The notes beneath the pieces were generated by a model. It saw nothing but the letters and a program-made list of their open reading frames with translations, had not been told where the DNA came from and did not search any database. This document shows, in pieces, positions 31,266 to 41,019 of a stretch of DNA of 64,000 nucleotides. Positions within the stretch are counted from its first letter, which is position 1; every line of letters starts with the position of its first letter. The translations under genes were made by a program, and so were the position numbers. This stretch comes from an uncultured Methanosarcinaceae archaeon. GTDB lineage: Archaea > Halobacteriota > Methanosarcinia > Methanosarcinales > Methanosarcinaceae. The stretch spans positions 544,001-608,000 of the forward strand of contig CAWJYV010000007.1 in the NCBI GenBank assembly GCA_963847185.1, written 5' to 3'.

Positions 31266-31343
31266 ACCGGAATAAAATCCTGACAAATATTCCAAAATTT
31301 CTGGGAATATAAAATATTTGAAAAACAATTTGGAGTGATGATT

Positions 31344-32771
31344 ATGAGTAAATTAGAAAAGCTTCTCAAGGAACACGGTCCGATTAAAAAAATAGGGGTC
31401 CTTGGAATGGGCTACGTAGGTATTCCTGCAGCTGTCCTTTTTGCAGATTCCTCATGTTTTAATAAAGTTCTCGGTTTTCAACGCAATTCTAAAAGCTCAA
31501 GTTACAAAATCGACATGCTTAACCGTGGAGAAAGCCCTCTCAAGGGAGAAGAGCCAGGGCTTGAGGAACTTATTAGCAAAGTGGTGAAGGCTGGAAAATT
31601 CGAATGTACTCCTGATTTCTCAAGGATTTCCGAGCTTGATGCAGTTACCCTTGCAATTCAAACACCTTTTGCAAATCCTAAGGATTTAGAACCGGACTTT
31701 TCTGCACTCATTGAAGGAATCAGAAACGTAGGAAAATACCTCAAACCAGGAATGCTCGTAGTACTCGAGTCTACAATCACTCCTGGAACAACCGAAGGCA
31801 TGGCAAAACAGATTCTTGAAGAGGAATCAGGCCTGAAAGCAGGAGAAGACTTTGCTCTTGCCCATGCTCCTGAAAGAGTAATGGTCGGCAGACTCTTGAA
31901 AAATATTAGGGAACACGACCGGATCGTAGGAGGTATTAATGAAGCAAGCACTAAGAGAGCAGTTGAACTATATTCCCCTGTATTGACTGTCGGAAAAGTA
32001 ATTCCCATGAGTGCAACTGCAGCTGAGGTTACAAAAACTGCAGAGAATACTTTCCGTGACCTTCAGATTGCAGCGATTAATGAGCTTGCTCTCTACTGTG
32101 AAGCCATGAGGATAAACGTATATGATGTAAGAACAGGAGTGGACAGCTTAAAAGGAGAAGGAATTACAAGAGCCATTCTCTGGCCAGGAGCAGGCGTCGG
32201 AGGCCACTGTCTGACTAAAGACACCTATCATCTGGAAAGAGGGGTCAAGATCGGGAAAGGTAAACTGGACTATCCGAAAGGAGCAGATTCGATCTATGTT
32301 CTCGCAAGAAAGGTTAACGACTTCATGCCTGTGCACATGTATAATCTCACTGCTGAAGCTCTTGAGAGAATTGGAAAGAAAATGGAAGATTCAAAGATTG
32401 CTATGTTAGGCTGGGCTTTTATCCGGGATTCGGATGACGCCAGGAACACACCTTCAGAACCATATAGGGATCTCTGCCTGAAAGCTGGGGCCAGTGTAGC
32501 CGTGCATGACCCGTATGTTGTAAACTCTCCAGAAGTCGAAATTTCGGAGAATTTAGAAAAGATAGTTAAAGATGCGGATGCAGTGGTAATTCTTGCAGGA
32601 CACAGCACATACTTTGATGTAAAGGCTGATTGGGTAAAGAAGCTTACAGGAAAGAAACACCCAGTTATTATAGATGGGAGAAACGTAATTGAGCCTGATG
32701 AGTTCATTGGTAAGGGATTTGTGTATAAGGGAATTGGAAGAGGAGATAAAAACGAACATTTAATAGTATGA
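31344..32771 (+). CDS. UDP-N-acetylhexosamine 6-dehydrogenase (WbpA/WecC-like)
   Basis: GMGYVG, LESTITPGTT, PERV, GAGVGGHCL, DDARNTP. Confidence 0.88.
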   Translation: MSKLEKLLKEHGPIKKIGVLGMGYVGIPAAVLFADSSCFNKVLGFQRNSKSSSYKIDMLNRGESPLKGEEPGLEELISKVVKAGKFECTPDFSRISELDAVTLAIQTPFANPKDLEPDFSALIEGIRNVGKYLKPGMLVVLESTITPGTTEGMAKQILEEESGLKAGEDFALAHAPERVMVGRLLKNIREHDRIVGGINEASTKRAVELYSPVLTVGKVIPMSATAAEVTKTAENTFRDLQIAAINELALYCEAMRINVYDVRTGVDSLKGEGITRAILWPGAGVGGHCLTKDTYHLERGVKIGKGKLDYPKGADSIYVLARKVNDFMPVHMYNLTAEALERIGKKMEDSKIAMLGWAFIRDSDDARNTPSEPYRDLCLKAGASVAVHDPYVVNSPEVEISENLEKIVKDADAVVILAGHSTYFDVKADWVKKLTGKKHPVIIDGRNVIEPDEFIGKGFVYKGIGRGDKNEHLIV

Positions 32772-32828
32772 AATAAACTCTTTCAATAGCTTAATTCCAT
32801 TTTTATCACCTGGAGAAGGGCTAGGACA

Positions 32829-33875
32829 ATGATTGAAAAACTGAAACAAAACGAGGAACTCTGGGACCTTTATACCAAAAAAGAAGAATACAATTTGACT
32901 TTCTCTGATCAGTATGAAAGGTTTCCTTACTATTTAAGTAGTCAGAGAAGCGTTTTTGATCCTAGAGTTTCCAGATTTCTGGTAGAAAACGGATTGAATC
33001 CTGAGTATCCCGAAGGGAAAAAATTTGCTGTCTGTCTTACTCATGATATTGATGTAATCTACCCGGAAAAATTATACCCAATCATCGGAACTGTGAAAGC
33101 ACTTGCTCAAAGGGACTTAACATGTGCTTTGAAAACGCCCTTCTCCAGAGTTAACAAGAAGTGTAACCCTTGCTGGAATTTCAAAGAAATAATGGAACTG
33201 GAGGCTAAATACAATGCAAAATCCAGTTTCTATTTTCTAGCCTTGCATCCTGGGGAGGAAGATTTCAATTATCAAATTGAGGAGCTTGAGGCAGAATTAC
33301 CATTTATATCCGACCATGGATGGGAAGTTGGCCTTCATGGGGGACATGAGTCTTACAAGAGTCTGGAAGATATAAAGGAGAAAAAGCAAAGGATTGAGAA
33401 AGTTTTTGGTAAAAAAATTATTGGGTACAGGAATCATTATTTAAGATTCAAAGTGCCGGATACATGGGAATTCTTGAGTCAAGCAGGCTTCAAATATGAT
33501 ACAACATTCGGATATCCAGACTGTGCAGGCTTTAGAAATGGAGTATGTCATCCCTTCAGGCCCTATAATTTAAATACTGGAAAACAAATCGATATTCTCG
33601 AAATTCCACTTATCATCATGGACCGGACGTTGCTAAGAGATTACATGCGTCTTGATGTTAAAAAGGCATGGGAGCTCGTAAAGAGCCTTATTGACAAGGT
33701 AGAGAAATGTAATGGTGTGGTTACAATTCTCTGGCACAATAATACCTCTATGGAAGGAAAGAACCTTGAATATTACGAAAAATTTCTTAAATACGTTTAC
33801 GAAAAGAAAGCTTGGATTACAAGTGGAGAGGAAGTCTTTAACTGGTGGTCCAAGAATGTTGAAACAGATGTTTAA
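32829..33875 (+). CDS. Polysaccharide deacetylase family protein
   Basis: LTHDID, EVGLHG, RNHYLRF, ILWH; paralog of 1693-2745. Confidence 0.85.
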   Translation: MIEKLKQNEELWDLYTKKEEYNLTFSDQYERFPYYLSSQRSVFDPRVSRFLVENGLNPEYPEGKKFAVCLTHDIDVIYPEKLYPIIGTVKALAQRDLTCALKTPFSRVNKKCNPCWNFKEIMELEAKYNAKSSFYFLALHPGEEDFNYQIEELEAELPFISDHGWEVGLHGGHESYKSLEDIKEKKQRIEKVFGKKIIGYRNHYLRFKVPDTWEFLSQAGFKYDTTFGYPDCAGFRNGVCHPFRPYNLNTGKQIDILEIPLIIMDRTLLRDYMRLDVKKAWELVKSLIDKVEKCNGVVTILWHNNTSMEGKNLEYYEKFLKYVYEKKAWITSGEEVFNWWSKNVETDV

Positions 33876-34533
33876 AAATATTCGCGTTGACCCTTTGTTG
33901 TTCTGAGTGAGTAACTTCCATTCATCTTTTTATGTTAAACTGCATATTTAAAATTTAGAACTAGCGCTATTGGAAAATAGCATCCAATCTTGAGATTTCT
34001 TTTTTTGGCTTGGCTACTTTCTAACTAAGCACTTATTTTCAACTCATATAAAACAGTGAAGAAACGAGAAAATTTCTTGCACTGAATAACTTGAATTCCA
34101 GAAAAAACTTTTCAGGAGGCTTTTCCTCTCTGGAGTTTTCAGTCCTATTTCAACTACTACAACACAAAAAGTTTTGGGATTTACGGGGAGATTCAGTCAT
34201 GAAGGCTTGATAGCTGACAATCTTGCCGATCAGTTAGTTTTAATACTCTCTAATAGTCCGCTTAAGCGGAAATACGGATTTCGTGCTCTGGAACTGAATT
34301 CAGATGCTGAAGTGGGACTTGGATATTGAAGTGGAAATTAGGATATGGAACTCGGATGCCGGAGTGAAATTCGGGAATCGTAGCTTGATTATTTGAATTA
34401 ATTGAAATTTGGTCGTGTACGCGGGTTATTGATCAATTCCGAAAAGCGAGTATATCTTCCGTATTTGAGAGAAATGTAGAGAGATTCTTATGCTTACAGT
34501 TTTCAATAACTCATGCCCACGACCTGAAATTTT

Positions 34534-34878
34534 TCACAGATTATTCGCTTTATACCTGATTAATCCAGTAATCGAATGCAGCAAAATCCCCATAAAAACC
34601 ATTGAAGTCCCTACCAGAGTAAGCAGTATTATTAAAGCTGTAAACTTAAAATCAAAGCCTCCGTCAAGATGAGATGTTTGCACAACATTAAGGCATATGT
34701 ACACTCCGCCTGCTACAAGAATAAAACCTGGCAGTGTAAAGTAGTAAAGAGGTTTATTAAGCTTGATATTGTTAAAAATTTTTGATAATATTGCCGGAAA
34801 ATGCCTTAAAGGGTTTTCTATTGAACGATTCACTTCATACATTTGAAATATATTTTGAAGCGTAAAACCACCTTCCAT
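34534..34878 (-). pseudogene. C-terminal membrane fragment of a DPM1-like GT2
   Basis: NPLRH...NKPLYYFTLPG...GILLHSI aligns to the C-terminus of 44146-45111; no catalytic domain. Confidence 0.65.
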
Positions 34879-35228
34879 ATCCTTATCTAGATTCTTATGA
34901 GCTCATGTAACTGAATTAACTTTCTGGATTAAGAGGTTTCAAAATATAAATACTCATCTAAAAACACAATTGTGAATATCAATGAACATAGTTGAGAAAA
35001 AAGAGGCAAATCAAAAGATAGTAAGTTTGCAAATTACTTCACTTCATAAATCAGTACGATGATTCCAAAATAGATTCACACTAAGAAGCTAATTGCAGTT
35101 CTAAACACAAGTATTTAATTTAGAGACATTTGAGTTAGATGGACAGAGAAAAACAGGTGAATAAGGAATAATTGCCCAATATATTATAACCACGGAAAAC
35201 GCGTAAAGCTCTTAAAAACCGTGTCCAT

Positions 35229-35427
35229 AAGTTAGTCCTCTTGAACGAGCTTAGCGAGTGAAATATACCTCGTGATGTTGCGATTACATCGTAACTCTCA
35301 GAAAATCTCCGATTTCCTGTTATCAAGAAGCGAAATTCTGAATTCTAAACCATAAATTAGTCTGCTTGAGCGAAGCGAAACAGACTGCGTACTCCCGAGG
35401 CGCAATTCGGGAAGCGAAACTCGGGGT
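35229..35427 (+). repeat. Two adjacent copies of the dispersed hairpin repeat
   Basis: AAGTTAGTCCTCTTGAACGAGC... (35229) and AAATTAGTCTGCTTGAGCGAAGCGAAACAGAC...TTCGGGAAGCGAAACTCGGG (35354). Confidence 0.72.
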
Positions 35428-35841
35428 TAAAATAGATGAAAAAACTGTGCTCACGTCTTCCTTATTCCGAATTTTCTGTGCTTTCAGCGGTTTACTGCTT
35501 TTTTTGGATCAGTGAAGAAAATAAGGAATTAACTATAGAATACTACCAAATAACTTAAATAATATTGAGAGTATCTTAATAAAAATTTATATATTTATGT
35601 TTCTTCAATGAAGCGTATTAGATAAAAAATTAAGTGCAGCTTTTAAGATTAAGGCTTGATCTTACTAGCTTTCTAATATAGTAAAGTTGTCTGTGCTTGT
35701 ATATATTCCCTTAATTATTTCCTAATTAATATCTATAAACAGAACTCTATCGTTTAAGTGTTTTCTGTCTATGTTACTTCATTCAGACTACTCTGAGAAG
35801 AAAAGAAGTAGTAATACAAAAATCTATGAGATTGAGTTATC

Positions 35842-37155
35842 ATGTATTTTCAGAAAATAAAAAATAGTTTCAAGTTATTCAGATATATTGCAGATCCTTT
35901 TATTCAAAACTCCCTCTTTATAATGTTTTCTTCTATTTTTGGTGCTGGTTTTGGATTCATTTTCTGGATTTTTGCAGCAAAATTTTATTCTGCAGAAAAT
36001 GTAGGAGTAGCGACAGCGCTTATTTCTTCTATGGGATTTCTCGTTTTATTGTCTAAAGTAGGGCTGGACTTCTCTATTATCCGCTTTTTTTCAGATAGTG
36101 ATAGGGACAAAGTGTTCAACACATCTTTAATCGTTACTACAGTGCTTGCTCTATTATTTGGAATTATATATATCCTGGGAATTGATATTTTCTCGCCAGA
36201 ACTTTATCTTATAAAGTCACCATTTAATGCTGCTCTTTTCATAATAATTCTCATAATTAATTCAATCACTACACTTACGGGAATTTCGTTTATTTCAGAT
36301 AGAAAAGGGAAATATCATTGTCTACAGAGTATAATTACCGGTTCCAGACTTTTGTTTCTAATACCATTTATAAATTTTAAAGCCATAGGAATTTTTAGCG
36401 CAGTGGGAATTTCTTTCTTCTTTTCCATGTTAGTCTCAATATATCTAATTACAAAGTCGGGAATTAAACTCGGATGTGTAATAGACCAAAATTATCTCAA
36501 AAACTCATTTCACTTTTCTGCAGGTAATTATCTTGTAAGTTTGTTTATGCTAGGGCCTACAATGATTTTACCTGTTTTGATATTGAACACTCTTGGAGCT
36601 GAAAGTGCAGCTTATTATTTCATAGCTTATTCGATAGCCTCACTTCTTTATATGATACCAAACTCTATCAGCCTTTCATTGTTTGTAGAAGGAAGCCACG
36701 GAGAGAATATGAAGAAAACCGTTCTCAAATCCCTTTTTTTAATCTATTCTCTATTGATTCCGTCCATAATAATCCTTTGTTTGTTGGGAGGAGAAATACT
36801 TAAAATAATTAGTTCCGAATATGCGGAAAAAGGCTTAGAACTACTGCAACTCTTAGCTATTTCTTATATCTTTTTTGGAATTAGTCAGACATATTTTTCT
36901 ATAAAAAGAATTCAGAACAGCATTCTTAGTATTGTGTATATTAATGGCTTTTCTTTCGTCTCTTTAATTGGTTTAAGCTACGCATTTATGCTCACATATG
37001 GAATAGTTGGGGTTGGTTATGCATCAATCCTGAGTAATGCTTTAATGTGTTTTTTCATTATTGGGTCTATTGTATGGAAAGATGGATGGTTTAAAGATAT
37101 TTCTTTAAGAGAGAATTTTAGAACAGATGTTCATTTTTCAGTTGATCAAGAGTAA
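35842..37155 (+). CDS. Wzx-type flippase / polysaccharide biosynthesis protein
   Basis: GFIFWIFAAKFYSAENVG, about 12 TMs, YGIVGVG. Confidence 0.85.
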   Translation: MYFQKIKNSFKLFRYIADPFIQNSLFIMFSSIFGAGFGFIFWIFAAKFYSAENVGVATALISSMGFLVLLSKVGLDFSIIRFFSDSDRDKVFNTSLIVTTVLALLFGIIYILGIDIFSPELYLIKSPFNAALFIIILIINSITTLTGISFISDRKGKYHCLQSIITGSRLLFLIPFINFKAIGIFSAVGISFFFSMLVSIYLITKSGIKLGCVIDQNYLKNSFHFSAGNYLVSLFMLGPTMILPVLILNTLGAESAAYYFIAYSIASLLYMIPNSISLSLFVEGSHGENMKKTVLKSLFLIYSLLIPSIIILCLLGGEILKIISSEYAEKGLELLQLLAISYIFFGISQTYFSIKRIQNSILSIVYINGFSFVSLIGLSYAFMLTYGIVGVGYASILSNALMCFFIIGSIVWKDGWFKDISLRENFRTDVHFSVDQE

Positions 37156-37181
37156 AGATTCATATTAAAAAAGGAAAAAAC

Positions 37182-38243
37182 ATGCAACAAGTACGAGATA
37201 CTTCGTTCGATGCGCTTAGAGGAGTTGCAATAATAGCTGTCGTTGCAATTCATTCGATAGGGTATAGTTTAATGAATCTAAAAATTGAACCTGATTTCTG
37301 GAGCTACGATCTAGTTATTATTTGTCGACAGTTGCTTAATTTTGCTGTCCCGCTATTTATTTTCATATCAGGATATTGGACGCCAATGAGTATAAGCTCT
37401 AGTAATGAGTACAGAACTTTCCTAAAGAAAAGAGTTCCTAGAGTACTGATCCCTTATGTATTCTGGTCACTTATAATTATATCCATTTTTTCCTTCACAG
37501 GAAGCGAAATTAACTTTCGTGAAATATTGATCACACTTCTAACAGGTGGGGCTATTGGCCCATATTATTTCGTTATATTAATTATCCAGTTATATTTACT
37601 GACACCTTTAATTCAAATAACAGATAGTAAGTTTTATGGGGTAATTTCGATCTTTTTAATAAACTTATTTAGTCTTTTGTCATTGTACGTCTTACGGTTG
37701 TATATGCATATAGACATCCCACTTCAAAACTACGCTTTACCTTTTTATTCATGGATTATTTTTTATGACCTTGGACTGTTAATGCACAAAAGAGATGGGA
37801 AAATCTTTGACAAAGTAGACTCGTATGTAATTATAGCAGGAGTCATAGCAGGATTTATATTTTCAATATTTGAAGCAAAAGTATTAATGCTAAAATATAA
37901 TAATTTAGAATTTGCAGTTTCTGCTTTAAAGTTTTCATCTTTTCTGTACTCTATATCTATAATTTTTGCTTTTATTTATTTAAGAGACATTATTAAGAAA
38001 TGGCCCCAATTTTTAGTTAGACTTGGAGATGTATCGTTTGGCATATATTTAATACATGCACCTTTGATCTATGTCGTAGCCCGAATAGTTAAAAACATTG
38101 ATTTTTTTAATTCACTTCATTCTTTTCAATTTATATATAGTCTTTTTATAGCTGTGGTTTCCCTCTCAATCTCCTATATATCAATAACTGCTTGTCATAG
38201 AGTTTTTTCGAAATCATTTTGTAATAATATATTAGGTTTTTAA
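37182..38243 (+). CDS. Acyltransferase family 3 (membrane O-acyltransferase)
   Basis: FDALRGVAIIAVVAIH, FAVPLFIFISGY, SFGIYLIH. Confidence 0.9.
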   Translation: MQQVRDTSFDALRGVAIIAVVAIHSIGYSLMNLKIEPDFWSYDLVIICRQLLNFAVPLFIFISGYWTPMSISSSNEYRTFLKKRVPRVLIPYVFWSLIIISIFSFTGSEINFREILITLLTGGAIGPYYFVILIIQLYLLTPLIQITDSKFYGVISIFLINLFSLLSLYVLRLYMHIDIPLQNYALPFYSWIIFYDLGLLMHKRDGKIFDKVDSYVIIAGVIAGFIFSIFEAKVLMLKYNNLEFAVSALKFSSFLYSISIIFAFIYLRDIIKKWPQFLVRLGDVSFGIYLIHAPLIYVVARIVKNIDFFNSLHSFQFIYSLFIAVVSLSISYISITACHRVFSKSFCNNILGF

Positions 38244-38374
38244 GATAAAGTGACGGGAAGGAATGAAACTGAGATTAAATGGAATATGCGACTTAGAAAA
38301 AGAGACTGAAAAATATCGCTTGAATCAATAATTGAATCAAAAATCACAGGAAGAATTATAACTCAAAGCCATCC

Positions 38375-39739
38375 ATGGCAAACTATCAATTTAACTTTGA
38401 CATAAAAATCAGGATGATATGTGTGATTAAAGCTCCGAGTACAGTAAATGAAGTTGTAAAACTAAATTTATGCAGTGGATGTGGAACCTGTGCAGCTCTC
38501 TGTCCAAAACAAGCTATATCTATGAAAATTGATGAGAAGAAAGGAGTTTATGCTGCGCAGATAAATGAAGAAAAATGTACACAATGCCACGTATGTTTTG
38601 CAGTTTGTCCAGGGCATGGTGTGGATTATAAAGAACTAAATATGGAAATATTTGGAAAATTTCCCGAAAATATTCTAATTGGAAATTATCTTAATTGCTA
38701 TAGTGGGAACTCAACAAATTATGAAATTCGTTATAATTCCTCCTCTGGAGGGCTTGTTACTCAAACGCTGATATTTGCACTTGAAGAAGGAATAATTGAT
38801 GGTGCAATTGTTACTAGAATGAAAAAGGAAAAACCTCTTGAACCTGAACCTTTTATTGCAAGAACTAAAGAAGAAATTATTGAAGCAAGCGGGTCGAAAT
38901 ACTGCCCTGTACCATTGAATATCGCTTTAGAAGAAGCATTCAAAACAGAAGGCAAATTTGCGATTGTAGGCCTTCCATGTCATATTGATGGACTGAGAAA
39001 AGCCGAACAGGTTAATAAGAAATTAAAGCAGAAAATTGTATTACGGTTAGGTATATTTTGTAATCATTCTCCCAATTTTTATGCTACAAAAACTCTTCTA
39101 AGGAAGCTAAAAATAAAAGAAAATGATGTTAACAAAATAAACTATAGAGGAGAAGGATATCCTGGAAAGCTAAATATTCTTTCTGGAAAGAATAAGATAA
39201 GTCTAGTTCAATCTACTTCCTGGCGCCTTATTGGTTCACACTTCTTTTATCCAGATAGATGCCTCTGCTGCAGTAATGGAATTTGTGAGCTGGCTGATAT
39301 TTCATTTGGAGATGCGTGGCTTCCAGAAATGTCTGATGAAAAAATTGGGATATCTATATTGATTTCAAAAACTGAATTTGGAGATACACTACTCCGTAAA
39401 ATGGAGTCAAAAAATATCATTAGATTAAATCAAATGGATGCCAGAAAAGTAGTACAGTCTCAGGAAGGAATGCTTTATATTAAGAAGAAAAAAACAAAGG
39501 CATACAAATATCTTTTTGGTGCTGCACCTGAGAACAATAACCTTTTAAAATCAGATGGGCTAGACTTTATGCTGAGTCTGTTTCCCTGTTTAACTGTAAG
39601 ATTATTCTCCAGGCCAGTATTCAGAAAAATACTGCTTTGGGTACCAACAAAAGTTATTTGGCTTTATAGTGTCCCTTACTTTTACTTTATATTAAAAAAA
39701 GCAAAAAGTGATTTCAAAAGGAATAAGTGGACAAGTTAA
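38375..39739 (+). CDS. FrhB/FdhB-like (F420 hydrogenase beta-subunit family) Fe-S protein
   Basis: Two CxxCxxCxxxCP motifs, SSSGGLVT, GSKY, VGLPCH, GIFC, ADISFGDAW; true start may lie ~15 codons downstream. Confidence 0.88.
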   Translation: MANYQFNFDIKIRMICVIKAPSTVNEVVKLNLCSGCGTCAALCPKQAISMKIDEKKGVYAAQINEEKCTQCHVCFAVCPGHGVDYKELNMEIFGKFPENILIGNYLNCYSGNSTNYEIRYNSSSGGLVTQTLIFALEEGIIDGAIVTRMKKEKPLEPEPFIARTKEEIIEASGSKYCPVPLNIALEEAFKTEGKFAIVGLPCHIDGLRKAEQVNKKLKQKIVLRLGIFCNHSPNFYATKTLLRKLKIKENDVNKINYRGEGYPGKLNILSGKNKISLVQSTSWRLIGSHFFYPDRCLCCSNGICELADISFGDAWLPEMSDEKIGISILISKTEFGDTLLRKMESKNIIRLNQMDARKVVQSQEGMLYIKKKKTKAYKYLFGAAPENNNLLKSDGLDFMLSLFPCLTVRLFSRPVFRKILLWVPTKVIWLYSVPYFYFILKKAKSDFKRNKWTS

Positions 39740-40986
39740 GCACTTAGCAGCTCCTTGACCAATTTTCCGTTTAGCATTGCCCTTTCTTTGACCTGAGGAA
39801 CTTTTATTTCCAATTGTTTTTTAATTTTTTCTCTATTCTTCCAAACATCGTCTATTCTTGAGATTAAACTTTCGTATGTTAGTTCTTTTACATCGAGAAT
39901 ATATTCTTTTTGCCCAAGCATTTCACCAACAATACCGTAAATTTTGTGACTGTATGCAATTCCTATAGTAGGGACCAGCATTGATGTGGAAGCTATTGTT
40001 GCATGCATTCTTGCTCCAATAAACAAGTCACAATGACCTATTATTCCTTTCAACTCCTCTGGTGTATAATCTTCTTTTATGGAGATTACTTTTGACTTAT
40101 TTGGGACAAGTTTACATACATCATCTGCAACCCATCTGTCATCATTTCTTCTAGGATCTATAACATGAGGAACTATAACTACGGTAGCTCCAAGATTCTC
40201 TGTTATATATTCAATTGTTTTAGCCATTACACTGACATATTGATTATATTTCTCCTCCGGCTTTTCGAAATCTGAAAAGCCATACCTGGAAATGATTTTA
40301 CTGATGGATATTCCCACTAAAGGCCTGTTGTTTTCAGTAATATTTTCTTTTGTCAATAATTCTGTTAATCTTGTTGAGTTTACTGCCTTTAATAAAAATG
40401 CAGAATCGGCAGTAATACATATGTGAGGTTTATTTACGTTTATTTTATTAAGATTCTCTTTAGAAATCTCTTCTCTAATGGTTATCAAATCAACTCTGTT
40501 AAGGACAAAGTTAGCCATTAATCTAGATATTGTACCTTTAAAAGGTCCTATAGATTCTGCGTATACTACAACTGGCTTTTTCAACAAAAGTCCAATTAAT
40601 AAGTAATTCAAATTGAAGGCTAAAGATAGGGTACCATAGTCTTCTGTTAAATTGTCGCCACCAGTATTAATTACAGCATCAGATTCTACATATTCACGTA
40701 AAATTTCATTTCTTGGCTTCAAATGGATTCCAAGTTTATTATATACCATTAATAAAAATGATGCCATCAATAAATTTAATGCTTTCAAGCCTGCCTTAAA
40801 AGATGAGTTATTCCCTACAGTCTCAATAACCTTTATTGGATACTGATTGTAATTTGCCTGATGCGCGAGCGCTGTAAACTTACATTCAGGAATAAAATAT
40901 GTAAGTGTTTCAATCATGGAATTTACTAAGGCTACGCCACCTTTGTTAAATCTGCCTCCAAAATTCACAACTAGTATTTTTGTCAT
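39736..40986 (-). CDS. Polysaccharide pyruvyl transferase (WcaK-like)
   Basis: NKGG, TGGDNLTEDYG, ESIGPF, ITIREEIS, IGARMHATI, IAYSHK. Confidence 0.88.
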   Translation of the reverse strand: MTKILVVNFGGRFNKGGVALVNSMIETLTYFIPECKFTALAHQANYNQYPIKVIETVGNNSSFKAGLKALNLLMASFLLMVYNKLGIHLKPRNEILREYVESDAVINTGGDNLTEDYGTLSLAFNLNYLLIGLLLKKPVVVYAESIGPFKGTISRLMANFVLNRVDLITIREEISKENLNKINVNKPHICITADSAFLLKAVNSTRLTELLTKENITENNRPLVGISISKIISRYGFSDFEKPEEKYNQYVSVMAKTIEYITENLGATVVIVPHVIDPRRNDDRWVADDVCKLVPNKSKVISIKEDYTPEELKGIIGHCDLFIGARMHATIASTSMLVPTIGIAYSHKIYGIVGEMLGQKEYILDVKELTYESLISRIDDVWKNREKIKKQLEIKVPQVKERAMLNGKLVKELLSA

Positions 40987-41019
40987 TTTTATTCTCCTTA
41001 TCTCAAATTTTTAATTTAG

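Noticed and set aside
34300-34400. Degenerate GAAGTGG...GGATAT repeats
   Set aside because: Only 2-3 poorly conserved units, too weak to call.
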